Shown here one piece after another: positions 48,407 through 57,372 of a DNA stretch of 59,499 nt. The stretch covers positions 1 to 59,499 of the IMG/VR virus record IMGVR_UViG_3300000123_000002. The stretch is one strand, 5' to 3'. Positions within the stretch are counted from its first letter, which is position 1. The number at the start of each line of letters is the position of its first letter. A program made the translations under genes and the position numbers. This DNA is from a virus (taxonomy: Duplodnaviria; Caudoviricetes). The notes under the pieces were generated by a model that did not search any database, had not been told where the DNA came from, and worked only from the letters and a program-made list of their open reading frames with translations.

Positions 48407-49537
48407 TTGGAGAAATACATGCGTTCAGAAGTAAATGCGATAATGCTATTCATAGCAGAGTTAACCGGTTCATTTGTAGCGGGTACTGGCAATAAAGAAG
48501 ATAAGATTAAATGTGGTCAGAAAGACTACGTTAGCAATAACTTACTGGAGTTAGACTTAACTACTGAAGATGGCAAGAAAGACCAGCATGAAAATATGTG
48601 GTTAGAGCGCTTGTACAATGAGCTTGATGAATACTTTAGTATTGTTAAAGGTTGTGGATTATCTCGTCAACTATCACTTTCTACAGCTAGCTACAGAGAA
48701 GCTGGATATAAGTGGTCAGTACCTCTTGAGCTAGATGCAACTTCATCGATGTGTCAAATAATTGGTGTATTGCTTAACGATAAACGTTTAATGGAAATGA
48801 CTAACGTTATTGGCAGTACTTTAGAAGATGCTTGGAAAGTTAAAGGTATTAGCCGTAACAAGCTAAAGTCTGTAATGACACCTAAACTGTACGGTAGCTC
48901 TAGAACTGCTGAAGATTTCTGGAAGAAAGACAAGCTTGCGTTCACAGCTAAAGACGTAACTATTGTGTCCAAAGAGCTTAGTAGTGGTGCATTTGGATTG
49001 GCTAACTCATTTAAAGATTTCATCATAAACAACTGTAACCCTACAGCTGAAATGGAAATCAAAATTGGTGATGACGAATTTGGAATATCATGTAACAAGT
49101 TCAGAAATGTAGGTGAAAAGCTACGTGCCTATAACATCTGGGATTCAGTAGATGAACAGTACAATGTCATTCTGCATACGGATACCAAAAGGGTTCCTGA
49201 CTTAGAGCAGTTTAGACTGTTCTTTATGACGTTACTTATCCACAACCTTGACAGTCAAGTAATGGATTATGTAACAGACAAGCTATACGCTAAGTTTGGT
49301 TGGGCCATTCCTATTCATGATGCAATTGTGTGCTCTCCTGCCGCAGCTGCTGATGTAAGAATTTGGTACAACGAAGCGTTACTTAACATTCACAACAACC
49401 GTAAAACAATACTTGCAGATTACTTCAAGAGTATTGGTATTAACGCATTAGCTGCTGATGCGTGGGAAACCATTAAAGCTATGGTAGTACCATTTGAAGG
49501 AAATCTTGAAGACGAACTATCAATGCCACTTAAATAA
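48407..49537 (+). CDS. RNA polymerase II subunit 2 (catalytic half, N4 gp16-like)
   Basis: Motif A PLELDATSSMCQ, motif B RNKLKSVMTPKLYG, IHNLDS, motif C IHDA. Confidence 0.9.
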   Translation: MEKYMRSEVNAIMLFIAELTGSFVAGTGNKEDKIKCGQKDYVSNNLLELDLTTEDGKKDQHENMWLERLYNELDEYFSIVKGCGLSRQLSLSTASYREAGYKWSVPLELDATSSMCQIIGVLLNDKRLMEMTNVIGSTLEDAWKVKGISRNKLKSVMTPKLYGSSRTAEDFWKKDKLAFTAKDVTIVSKELSSGAFGLANSFKDFIINNCNPTAEMEIKIGDDEFGISCNKFRNVGEKLRAYNIWDSVDEQYNVILHTDTKRVPDLEQFRLFFMTLLIHNLDSQVMDYVTDKLYAKFGWAIPIHDAIVCSPAAAADVRIWYNEALLNIHNNRKTILADYFKSIGINALAADAWETIKAMVVPFEGNLEDELSMPLK

Positions 49538-49545
49538 GGAAAATC

Positions 49546-49854
49546 ATGAAATTATCAAACTTTAAATTAATAGAAGTACTAGGTACAAGCGCTTTATCTT
49601 GGAAGTTCACAGCAACAGTAACTGTAACAACAACAATAAATGCCGGATTCTTGTGGCGTAAAAAAGTTGATACAGTAAAAGAAAATGTTCGTATTTACAA
49701 GAAATATGGATGTAGCTGGTCTTTCGTGGAAACAGGGGAGTTTACTCCAGGTGAACAAGCTGAAACACTCCAAAGAAAATTTGAATCCGAAGTAAAGAAT
49801 GACATTGAAAACTACAAACCAATAAATGATTTAGTGCAAACAAAACAGTTATAA
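49546..49854 (+). CDS. Hypothetical protein
   Basis: AAGGA SD; WSFVETGEFTPG. Confidence 0.6.
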   Translation: MKLSNFKLIEVLGTSALSWKFTATVTVTTTINAGFLWRKKVDTVKENVRIYKKYGCSWSFVETGEFTPGEQAETLQRKFESEVKNDIENYKPINDLVQTKQL

Positions 49855-49874
49855 GAACTTAAATAGGAAATACA

Positions 49875-50144
49875 ATGATTAGAATTAAAATTAAAAAGTT
49901 TATAGCTATGGTTGATCTGTACTTTAAAATGCGTGAACTGAAAGGTTGGATAAAAACGTGCAATGATCCTGTAAAACTAAAGATCCTTGCTGGAATGTAT
50001 AATTCACTGACAGTTCCATACAATATGATTATGCCAAAAATAATCAAGCGAGCTGAGTTAATAGGTACAGCTAAACCACTTTCTGCTGATGATATTAAAC
50101 TCATAGTAAAAAAGAAAACTGAAACAGATGTTATGGATGCATAA
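49875..50144 (+). CDS. Hypothetical protein
   Basis: AGGA SD. Confidence 0.55.
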   Translation: MIRIKIKKFIAMVDLYFKMRELKGWIKTCNDPVKLKILAGMYNSLTVPYNMIMPKIIKRAELIGTAKPLSADDIKLIVKKKTETDVMDA

Positions 50145-50207
50145 GTAAACCACTGCGCCTGCAAGCTATTAACTTACAGGCGCTTAATTAATCTACTGGG
50201 TAATAAC

Positions 50208-50501
50208 ATGATAAAAGATAGCGAAGCCGAGAAAGCACTTAATGCCGTGTGCGCTGAAGGTAAAGAGTTAAGTATAGGTGTTAAGATTACTGACACTAAA
50301 AAAGCAATACAGCTAATGTCTACAATGTACCCTAAAGAAGATAAACCTAATCCGTTTGGTGTTGAGGTTTACTCCTGGGGTTCATTTGATGTAACTAAAG
50401 CACTTGAGCTTAAAATAAAAGCTATGGAAGAAGAGGTGACTCGCCACAATACAGTAATGAGTAACATCAGCTGTAGAAACTTACGTTCATTTATCGACTA
50501 A
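50208..50501 (+). CDS. Hypothetical protein
   Basis: Follows an intergenic hairpin. Confidence 0.55.
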   Translation: MIKDSEAEKALNAVCAEGKELSIGVKITDTKKAIQLMSTMYPKEDKPNPFGVEVYSWGSFDVTKALELKIKAMEEEVTRHNTVMSNISCRNLRSFID

Positions 50502-50511
50502 AGGAACTACC

Positions 50512-51207
50512 ATGCAAGAAATTAGACCTATGAGTAATAACCAAATCAAGAAGAGTGCTGCTTTAGCATTCAACCTTAAACGTAGAGAAGCGCATGTCGA
50601 AGCTGTACGTCTTGCTCAAGATAAGATCGACAACCCTGAAAAGTACACTCGTAGTAATCATAAAGATGTTATTAAAGCTCAAGCATTTATGGCTGCAGCA
50701 TTAGCTATCAACCCTAATGGTTTTGAGTCTCGACATGCTACACACCGTACTCTTAGTGAGCCAAAGCTGACAAAAATAGAGTTAGTAATTGGTGGCAAGT
50801 ACAACTTTAAAGGCCAACCAGAGCGATTAATCTACGTTGGCAATAACTTAAGTGGTAATGGTTATTGGCATCAGTTTGAAAAAGTTGATGAGCCTGGCAA
50901 AGTGTGGTCTGAAATGCAGGACAGTGATTTAGTCAATATTGAACAAACCAAAGAAGAACCAATACTTATCAAAAATTGGATAGAATTGGCCAAAGTTAAA
51001 GGCACGGGTGACTATGTTTTGGACATAACACCTGAAGATGGTAGTGGATGGATTAGACAAACCAATCCTGAAGATAGTAGTTTTCCTGAGTATTTGTCAA
51101 CTCATACATTCTATGGCAGAAACCATGAATATAGCACTAAGGTGCTTCAGGAACACGGTTTCAATGTTGTATTAGCTAACTGGGATGATAAGTCATGTAC
51201 TCAATAA
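50512..51207 (+). CDS. Hypothetical multi-module protein, 231 aa
   Basis: AAGGA SD; GGKYNFKGQPERLIYVG...WHQF module. Confidence 0.65.
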   Translation: MQEIRPMSNNQIKKSAALAFNLKRREAHVEAVRLAQDKIDNPEKYTRSNHKDVIKAQAFMAAALAINPNGFESRHATHRTLSEPKLTKIELVIGGKYNFKGQPERLIYVGNNLSGNGYWHQFEKVDEPGKVWSEMQDSDLVNIEQTKEEPILIKNWIELAKVKGTGDYVLDITPEDGSGWIRQTNPEDSSFPEYLSTHTFYGRNHEYSTKVLQEHGFNVVLANWDDKSCTQ

Positions 51208-51410
51208 TGCCGGTTAAAAGAGCTAAGAAGCCTAATGGTTCAACCCATTATGATTGTCTTAAAAGAAAGTACTACCAAACACAAGGGATATTTAATAGTA
51301 AAGCTCTTGTTTGGGTAATGGGACAATGGCTTCCATCAAGTACAGTAACTGCTTCAATGTTGGAGCGTAACACAGAACGTTTTATGGCTGTTTGGAATAC
51401 TAATGAATAA
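51195..51410 (+). CDS. Hypothetical protein
   Basis: KPNGSTHY motif; overlaps neighbours. Confidence 0.5.
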   Translation: MYSIMPVKRAKKPNGSTHYDCLKRKYYQTQGIFNSKALVWVMGQWLPSSTVTASMLERNTERFMAVWNTNE

Positions 51411-51912
51411 ATTAATTGTAGTAGGTGATCAATCAGAGTTAATGAAAAATATATGCAGACAGCTAACCTCTAGTGGCTATGTTGCCGTTTTATACAAAGA
51501 AGAAGAGGGTTCTGTAAAAGGTGAGGTTATAGATCCTGCTGATATATTCTTATCTACTGAGGAGCCAAGAAGTACTACTGTGCCACCTTTAATGGCATTA
51601 GGTTATGGATTGGAGAGAACAGCAAGAGGAATGGCACTTCCTTATGGCAATAAACTTCGTGAAGAAGCGGAAAAGTTTATATTAAATGTAGACTATTCCG
51701 ATCTTGAATCAAGAGTAGGGGGATTAGTTACCAATAAAGGTATGTACCCATTAGGTGCTGAACCTGATAAGTACCACCTAAGTAGACTGGTTGAATCATT
51801 CAATTTAACGAAAAGAAGACCAATAAAACCTTGTAAACGTCACTGTAAGTGCAGCACCTGTAAAGGTAATAAATTCACTGGATTTGAAAAGAAAGGGAGA
51901 AAGGTATGGTAA
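51403..51912 (+). CDS. Hypothetical protein with C-terminal Cys cluster
   Basis: PCKRHCKCSTCKGN; internal DYSDLESRV. Confidence 0.6.
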   Translation: MNKLIVVGDQSELMKNICRQLTSSGYVAVLYKEEEGSVKGEVIDPADIFLSTEEPRSTTVPPLMALGYGLERTARGMALPYGNKLREEAEKFILNVDYSDLESRVGGLVTNKGMYPLGAEPDKYHLSRLVESFNLTKRRPIKPCKRHCKCSTCKGNKFTGFEKKGRKVW

Positions 51913-52081
51913 AAGTATCAAAGTATACAACTTTAATATCAGTTATAGGCGCAACTATGTCAATTTACAGTAGTTTTATGCCTTACAGCGCATTAAGTGT
52001 ATCTATTGCATTAGCAGGCGCTGTACTGGCAGCATTCTCACTTGTAGTAGTATTTAAAGAATTCAATAGGAGCAATAAATC

Positions 52082-53350
52082 ATGAAAGTATATTTAGTTG
52101 GCGGAGCACCAAGAGATGAAGCTATGGGTGAAATACCTGTAGATTTGGATTACGTTATTGTTGGTGCAACAGCTCTTGATATAGAAAAAATGTTAAGAGA
52201 TGGCTATAAACAAGTAGGTAAAGACTTCCCAGTATACTTACATCCTGTAACCAAAGATGAGTATGCCTTAGCTAGAACAGAAAGATCTACTGGCGCAGGT
52301 ACTGATGACTTTGATTGTTATCATGGCGAAGACGTTACCTTACTTCAGGACTTATCCCGTAGAGATTTAACTATTAATGCAATAGCTAAAGACCTTGAAA
52401 CAGGAGAGCTTATTGACCCTTTTAACGGTATTAAAGATATCAAGAATAAAATCATACGCCATGTATCTGATGCCTTTGATGAAGACCCTGTACGTATCCT
52501 AAGAGCTTTTAGGTTTCAGTCTACGTTAAAAGGTGATTGGTCTATTGACCCACAAACCTTAATGAAAATAGACGATATGATTTCTTATGGCGATCTTAAA
52601 GGTGTAACCCCTGAAAGAGTATGGAAAGAAATGGAAAAAGCCTTAAGTGGTCATAGAGCAAGCATGTTCTTCGAAAACTTGGCAGATTCTGAACTGTTTC
52701 CTGAATTTGATGTTTTATGGTCAACACCCCAAAATAAAGAGCATCATCCAGAAGGTGATGTTGGTATTCATACTTCAATGGTTATGGACTATGCCGCTGA
52801 AAACTTTGGTTCTGTAGTTGCCTTTGCAGGTTTATGTCATGACTTTGGTAAGCCTATTTCATATAAAGAGAGTGCTAACGCTTTACAGCATGAAATAAAA
52901 GGTTTACCAGTTATTAGAGATTTCTGCAAAAAGTGGAAAGTACCTAATAACTATCGGGATTTGGCGCTAATGTCTTGTGAGTACCACACTAAAATTCATG
53001 GCTGTCTTGGTCGGGGTAGTAATGGAGCTATGCGACCTAAATCAATTATGAAGATGTTTACAGATACTAATGCACTAGATAAGAAATCTAGATTCTTACA
53101 TTTCTTGGAAGTATGTGAATCTGACGCTAAAGGTAGAGGTGGTGACCTAGTAAACAAACCTTATCCACAAAAGGATTACATATGGGATTGTTTAGTAGCT
53201 GCAAAAGAATTAGATACTAAAACTATATCAGCTTGTATGTTAGCTGATGGCAAGTCCGGTCTATTAATAGGTGAAGCTATTAGAATAGCAAGAATTAATG
53301 CTATTAGAGGAGTAGTTAATGCCCACAGCAACAACCAGAAGAAACCATAG
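52082..53350 (+). CDS. cca: Multifunctional CCA-adding tRNA nucleotidyltransferase with HD domain
   Basis: YLVGGAPRD...DLDYV, GKDFPVYLHP, EYALARTER, DLSRRDLTINA, EDPVRILRAFRF, ERVWKE, HHPEGD, HDFGK. Confidence 0.93.
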   Translation: MKVYLVGGAPRDEAMGEIPVDLDYVIVGATALDIEKMLRDGYKQVGKDFPVYLHPVTKDEYALARTERSTGAGTDDFDCYHGEDVTLLQDLSRRDLTINAIAKDLETGELIDPFNGIKDIKNKIIRHVSDAFDEDPVRILRAFRFQSTLKGDWSIDPQTLMKIDDMISYGDLKGVTPERVWKEMEKALSGHRASMFFENLADSELFPEFDVLWSTPQNKEHHPEGDVGIHTSMVMDYAAENFGSVVAFAGLCHDFGKPISYKESANALQHEIKGLPVIRDFCKKWKVPNNYRDLALMSCEYHTKIHGCLGRGSNGAMRPKSIMKMFTDTNALDKKSRFLHFLEVCESDAKGRGGDLVNKPYPQKDYIWDCLVAAKELDTKTISACMLADGKSGLLIGEAIRIARINAIRGVVNAHSNNQKKP

Positions 53351-53665
53351 AGCACAAGCAGCTAAGGTATCTAGCTACAAACAAAAGCTTATTGCTAAAG
53401 GTGTAGTTGATGGTACAAGCAAAATGAATAGCTTACTGTGCAAATTTGCATCAAAACATTTTAGATAGGAAAAATTATGGTTAAGAAAATTGTAGTTGCA
53501 GTATTCGTTATTGATGATGAAGATGAAGATTCAAAACCAAAACATTATGAAAACGTTTCTATAGATGCTGATAATGCAAGTTCGGCACTGCCTCAAGTAC
53601 AGCAATGGGTTAGTGAGAAAATTATCAGTGCAAAACTAAAATCAATCGGACTTTAAGGAAGTATT

Positions 53666-53947
53666 ATGTTTTACAGAATTAGGCACAAAGAAGGTATTGG
53701 TTACTTTGTATTGTTAGGAGAGCAGAAGAGTTTCATGTTCTTTAAGTGGGTAGAGTGGAGTCGCTTAGTGTACTACAACAAGGCGGCTGTACTACTTGAT
53801 AAGGATAGTACTTCTGCTGTATTAGACACTCTTGAAAAAGCCACTAAGATGATTGGAGAACATGCTACTTGGTCTGTTCTTGACAAAGCAGAGGGAACGA
53901 CTGTGGACTACCCTCACCCAATAACCAAAGAAATAGCCCCTAAATAA
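53666..53947 (+). CDS. Hypothetical protein
   Basis: AAGGA SD. Confidence 0.55.
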   Translation: MFYRIRHKEGIGYFVLLGEQKSFMFFKWVEWSRLVYYNKAAVLLDKDSTSAVLDTLEKATKMIGEHATWSVLDKAEGTTVDYPHPITKEIAPK

Positions 53948-54104
53948 GGAAAATTATGCATCCAAATTCCAGGTACAGATCTTATTCACTAAGCAGAAAA
54001 GTGAATGAAGAACTAAAACAGCGTGTGTCCAGACGTATTAGAGCAAGGAAAGAAAACATACCTTGTAACGTATCTTTTAATGAAATGATGAAGGAATTTA
54101 AATA

Positions 54105-54488
54105 ATGGCCGAAAGAAACTTACTACACAGAAGCAAACTTGAAGAGTTTATTCAATATCTTGTCGATAATGGTTTTAGCCCTGTAAAGAGCAATGCTTCA
54201 TTTGAGGTGTTACGTTGGAAAGTTAGAGGTAAACCAATGCCAATAATATTTGATGGTAAATCATCAGAACACTTTTCATGTAATGAGTCTTCAGTACCAT
54301 ACGTTATGGACTTTATTAATATGCCTAAAAGTAGTACAAAGCCTGGTGAAATCTCCAGTCTTAGAAGTCATGTAAAAGCTTTAACTGCAGTTAGTATCTT
54401 ATTAGCTGCTGATAAGGATGTACTTCGATACTTGAAAGCGGAAGAACCAGAACTAATAAAAGATTTAATAACTAAGTTATTAAAGTAA
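54105..54488 (+). CDS. Hypothetical protein
   Basis: RNLLHRSKLEEF..YL pattern; AAGGA SD. Confidence 0.6.
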   Translation: MAERNLLHRSKLEEFIQYLVDNGFSPVKSNASFEVLRWKVRGKPMPIIFDGKSSEHFSCNESSVPYVMDFINMPKSSTKPGEISSLRSHVKALTAVSILLAADKDVLRYLKAEEPELIKDLITKLLK

Positions 54489-54490
54489 TA

Positions 54491-54530
54491 AAAGGTCAAC
54501 ACTTAATTGTGTTGGCCTTTATTTTTTTTT
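54491..54530 (+). terminator. Strong intrinsic terminator
   Basis: AAAGGTCAACAC-TTAATT-GTGTTGGCCTTT followed by A and T9. Confidence 0.8.
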
Positions 54531-54681
54531 GGCAAACGCCAGATAAGCCAAACGGCTTAAGAGCAATTAAAAGAGAAGTATTATTATGGGATATTAGAAG
54601 CTATATGCTTTTGATATTTATTTTTTTCTTATCCTTTTTTATTTAAGGGAAGATAGAATAATTTTTTAATAGGAAAATAGT

Positions 54682-55704
54682 ATGTTTATAGTTGGCGGTA
54701 CATTTGATAATAACGGCGGTAAGCCTTCTCACATCGTAAGTGAGATGATGCGTATTCTTGAAATACACGGAATGAACGGTGGTGATGTAAGTGCATTAAA
54801 CGCTGTTGATTTTAAGTATGCTAGTCCTCTTATTTGGATGCCAAACATCAGTAATGATGAAGATAAAATTTTACCTTCTTTAAAAGTAAAATATCCTCAT
54901 ATGCTTTTGGTCCAATCTAAAGTTGTTAGTAAAGGTAACTATACTGATGCAGATATAGTTGGTCGTTTGCTTAAATCTCATTCTCTTTTAGGTATTGTTA
55001 TTGAGAAGAAACCTCGTGGTTATAAATTTAAAGTGTTGGACCCTTTAGGGAATATACACTGCTCAACGTATGATTTAGAGGTTCTTTGCCGAACTTTAAA
55101 GAATCGTACTGAGCAGATTAAAAAGATGACCAGAGTGGCCAGTAAGCGCATTGGACCGGTAAATGAGTTCACTATTGAAGATGATTTTATCAGCATAGTG
55201 CAAGGTCTAGGTGACCAGTTCGCTACCTTTGTTAATGCCATTAACCCTAATCGTTTACTTGGGAATGCATCTACTCGTTGTTCAGTCGGGTTCCCTGCTG
55301 TTAGAGATAATGAACGACTCTTCGTATCAAAACGGAATGTAGATAAACAGACCCTAAGCTCTGAAGATTTCGTTGAAGTTACCACTACCGAAGAAGGCGT
55401 TGAATTTTATGGTGACAATAAACCGTCAGTAGATACGCCAATTCAACTGCTGTTAATGTACTTCTACCCTAACATTAAATATATGGTCCATGGCCATGTC
55501 TATGTTAAGGGAGCACCAATGACGGAAAATAAAATTCCTTGTGGATTTTTAGATGAAGTCTCTGATGTGATGGCAGTAATTCCTGATTTAGAATCAAAAA
55601 ATTTTGTAGTTAATCTACGTGGACACGGTTGTTTAATTGCTTGTAGCGACTTGAGTTACTTCGATGAAGTGGAACTTGAAGGTCGTCCATTCCCGGAGAA
55701 ATAA
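54682..55704 (+). CDS. Protein with C-terminal class II aldolase/adducin-like domain
   Basis: GNASTR, KPSVDTPIQ, VHGH and LRGHG motifs. Confidence 0.75.
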   Translation: MFIVGGTFDNNGGKPSHIVSEMMRILEIHGMNGGDVSALNAVDFKYASPLIWMPNISNDEDKILPSLKVKYPHMLLVQSKVVSKGNYTDADIVGRLLKSHSLLGIVIEKKPRGYKFKVLDPLGNIHCSTYDLEVLCRTLKNRTEQIKKMTRVASKRIGPVNEFTIEDDFISIVQGLGDQFATFVNAINPNRLLGNASTRCSVGFPAVRDNERLFVSKRNVDKQTLSSEDFVEVTTTEEGVEFYGDNKPSVDTPIQLLLMYFYPNIKYMVHGHVYVKGAPMTENKIPCGFLDEVSDVMAVIPDLESKNFVVNLRGHGCLIACSDLSYFDEVELEGRPFPEK

Positions 55705-55932
55705 ATGTCACTTACTGCTAGCCAAATAAGGCACAGAAAATTAAAAGCTGACTCAGAAAAAATCCCTAAAATGGAATTGCAGATAGCTGAGATAAAAGAA
55801 CGTATATCTGTTGTTCAAAACGCACTGCTACAGCTAAACCACTCTATTCATAAGCGTGTTCGTGATGATGATTGTATGGAAATATACGATAAGCTTTCCA
55901 TATTTGGCAGTAATAATAAGTGGAAACACTAA
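55705..55932 (+). CDS. Hypothetical coiled-coil protein
   Basis: GGAG SD; abuts the upstream stop. Confidence 0.55.
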   Translation: MSLTASQIRHRKLKADSEKIPKMELQIAEIKERISVVQNALLQLNHSIHKRVRDDDCMEIYDKLSIFGSNNKWKH

Positions 55933-55945
55933 ATAAGGAAAAATT

Positions 55946-56671
55946 ATGTCAACTTTAATAGAAAATCAAATATCTCACAGCATTAAAATTGCTAAACAGG
56001 TTCTTCTTACAAAATACACTAAAGAAGGATTTATTGCTGAAGCTGCCTATAACGCTGAAAAGACACGACTAAATTTTTGTCGTGGACAAATTTTCGGTGG
56101 AATATCAGAAAGTCTTGGCGATAAAGCAATTGCAGCTTTTTCTGATACTGAAGATTACAAAGCTATAAAAGCTTTGGTGGAATTAAATGGTCTAGTATTT
56201 TCAATAGAAGAGTTTTCTAAAAATGATACATGGCACTTGTTTGCAGATACAAATTACTGCCATCTACTAGATCCTCGTGATAGTGGCTTTGACATTAATG
56301 GTCCTACTGGAGTACTAAAAGAAGCGTTAGCAACTAAAGTATTCTCTATTGCCATTGAGTGTAAAGTCCGTTGTAAGACCGTAGAGTTAAGAATGGAAAC
56401 CAAAGTACATATTGACGTACCTTTTACTGAAGAACAGCTAGTAATTTTGCAAAGCACTCTGGATATTTACACTGAGTACGATGCTAAATTATCAGAATTT
56501 GCAAAGTCTAAAACAGATATTGCTGGTATTGATATTCACATGGAGAAAATTGAAGCTCAGCTATTACTGAAAGAACTAAGTTCTACAGAAGCTGGTAAAG
56601 ATGTTCTTGCACTAACACAAAGTATTTTATCGGCTGATACCGATACTGAACTCCCTAAATTGATGGGATAG
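55946..56671 (+). CDS. Hypothetical protein, 241 aa
   Basis: AAGGA SD. Confidence 0.7.
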   Translation: MSTLIENQISHSIKIAKQVLLTKYTKEGFIAEAAYNAEKTRLNFCRGQIFGGISESLGDKAIAAFSDTEDYKAIKALVELNGLVFSIEEFSKNDTWHLFADTNYCHLLDPRDSGFDINGPTGVLKEALATKVFSIAIECKVRCKTVELRMETKVHIDVPFTEEQLVILQSTLDIYTEYDAKLSEFAKSKTDIAGIDIHMEKIEAQLLLKELSSTEAGKDVLALTQSILSADTDTELPKLMG

Positions 56672-56696
56672 TAAGGAAAAAAGAAAAATTTTTTTA

Positions 56697-57127
56697 TTGC
56701 GCCCGATAGACGGGTAAGCACCGCGAGATTCAACTACTCGCACAGAAACTGTTAGTTGTTTACTGGAGTACAAATCTCATGATCTAGTCTGTCCGTGATA
56801 CCGGATATCTTAGAATCAAACGGCAAGATTGCCATTCGAAATTATCTACCTGTAAAAATTTATAACACTTCTTTTGGAGTGTTCGTGCAATATGTAACGA
56901 CTACAAGTAACTACGGTATAAGCAACCCTCTTAGTGAAAGTAGCAATACAATATTCCATAATGACATTGAAATAACATCTTGATTGATGGGTGCGACTTG
57001 GCTGACTCTATACTTAGAGTAACAGAAGTCAATATTCCGTTGTTTATTCTACTCGGGTAATTCACTACTGCCTGTAACCCCTATGACGACTCAGAGAGTT
57101 CGAGGGCGGAATAAACAACGGAATATT
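56697..57127 (+). ncRNA. Candidate structured non-coding RNA locus
   Basis: Long intergenic gap in an otherwise dense gene block; many hairpins, a long-range closing stem and a 19-bp perfect inverted repeat; strand inferred from neighbours. Confidence 0.45.
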
Positions 57128-57144
57128 AACCGCAGGAAAACATT

Positions 57145-57372
57145 ATGATTAGTATAGAAGTTACCGAAAAAGATGGTAATAAGTCAAAAAAATTTGACAT
57201 AAGTGAACCAACTCTTGAAGAAGCTTTTGACAACTATTTTAAAAATTACGTTAATCGCTATAAGTACTGCAGTGTTAATTACGTACTTAACGATCCCGAA
57301 ACAAAAGCTGCATATGATGTTTGGTTTAGCGACATAAACAACTATGCCAAAAATGGCGGAGATATGTGGTAA
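57145..57372 (+). CDS. Hypothetical protein
   Basis: AGGA SD. Confidence 0.6.
   Translation: MISIEVTEKDGNKSKKFDISEPTLEEAFDNYFKNYVNRYKYCSVNYVLNDPETKAAYDVWFSDINNYAKNGGDMW

Noticed and set aside
56795-56983. 62-aa ORF inside the structured region
   Set aside because: GTG start with no SD, no recognisable motif; the hairpin density is better explained by RNA structure. Not formally excluded.
56697-56996. tmRNA or tRNA call based on the acceptor-like stem with G.U at position 3
   Set aside because: No canonical T arm, no D or anticodon arm, discriminator is G, no CCA, and no tag frame ending in Ala-Ala that I could find
57031-57127. Hammerhead/twister ribozyme or retron msr-msd
   Set aside because: CUGANGA and GAAA cores are not intact, twister consensus is not met, and no reverse transcriptase is present in the window
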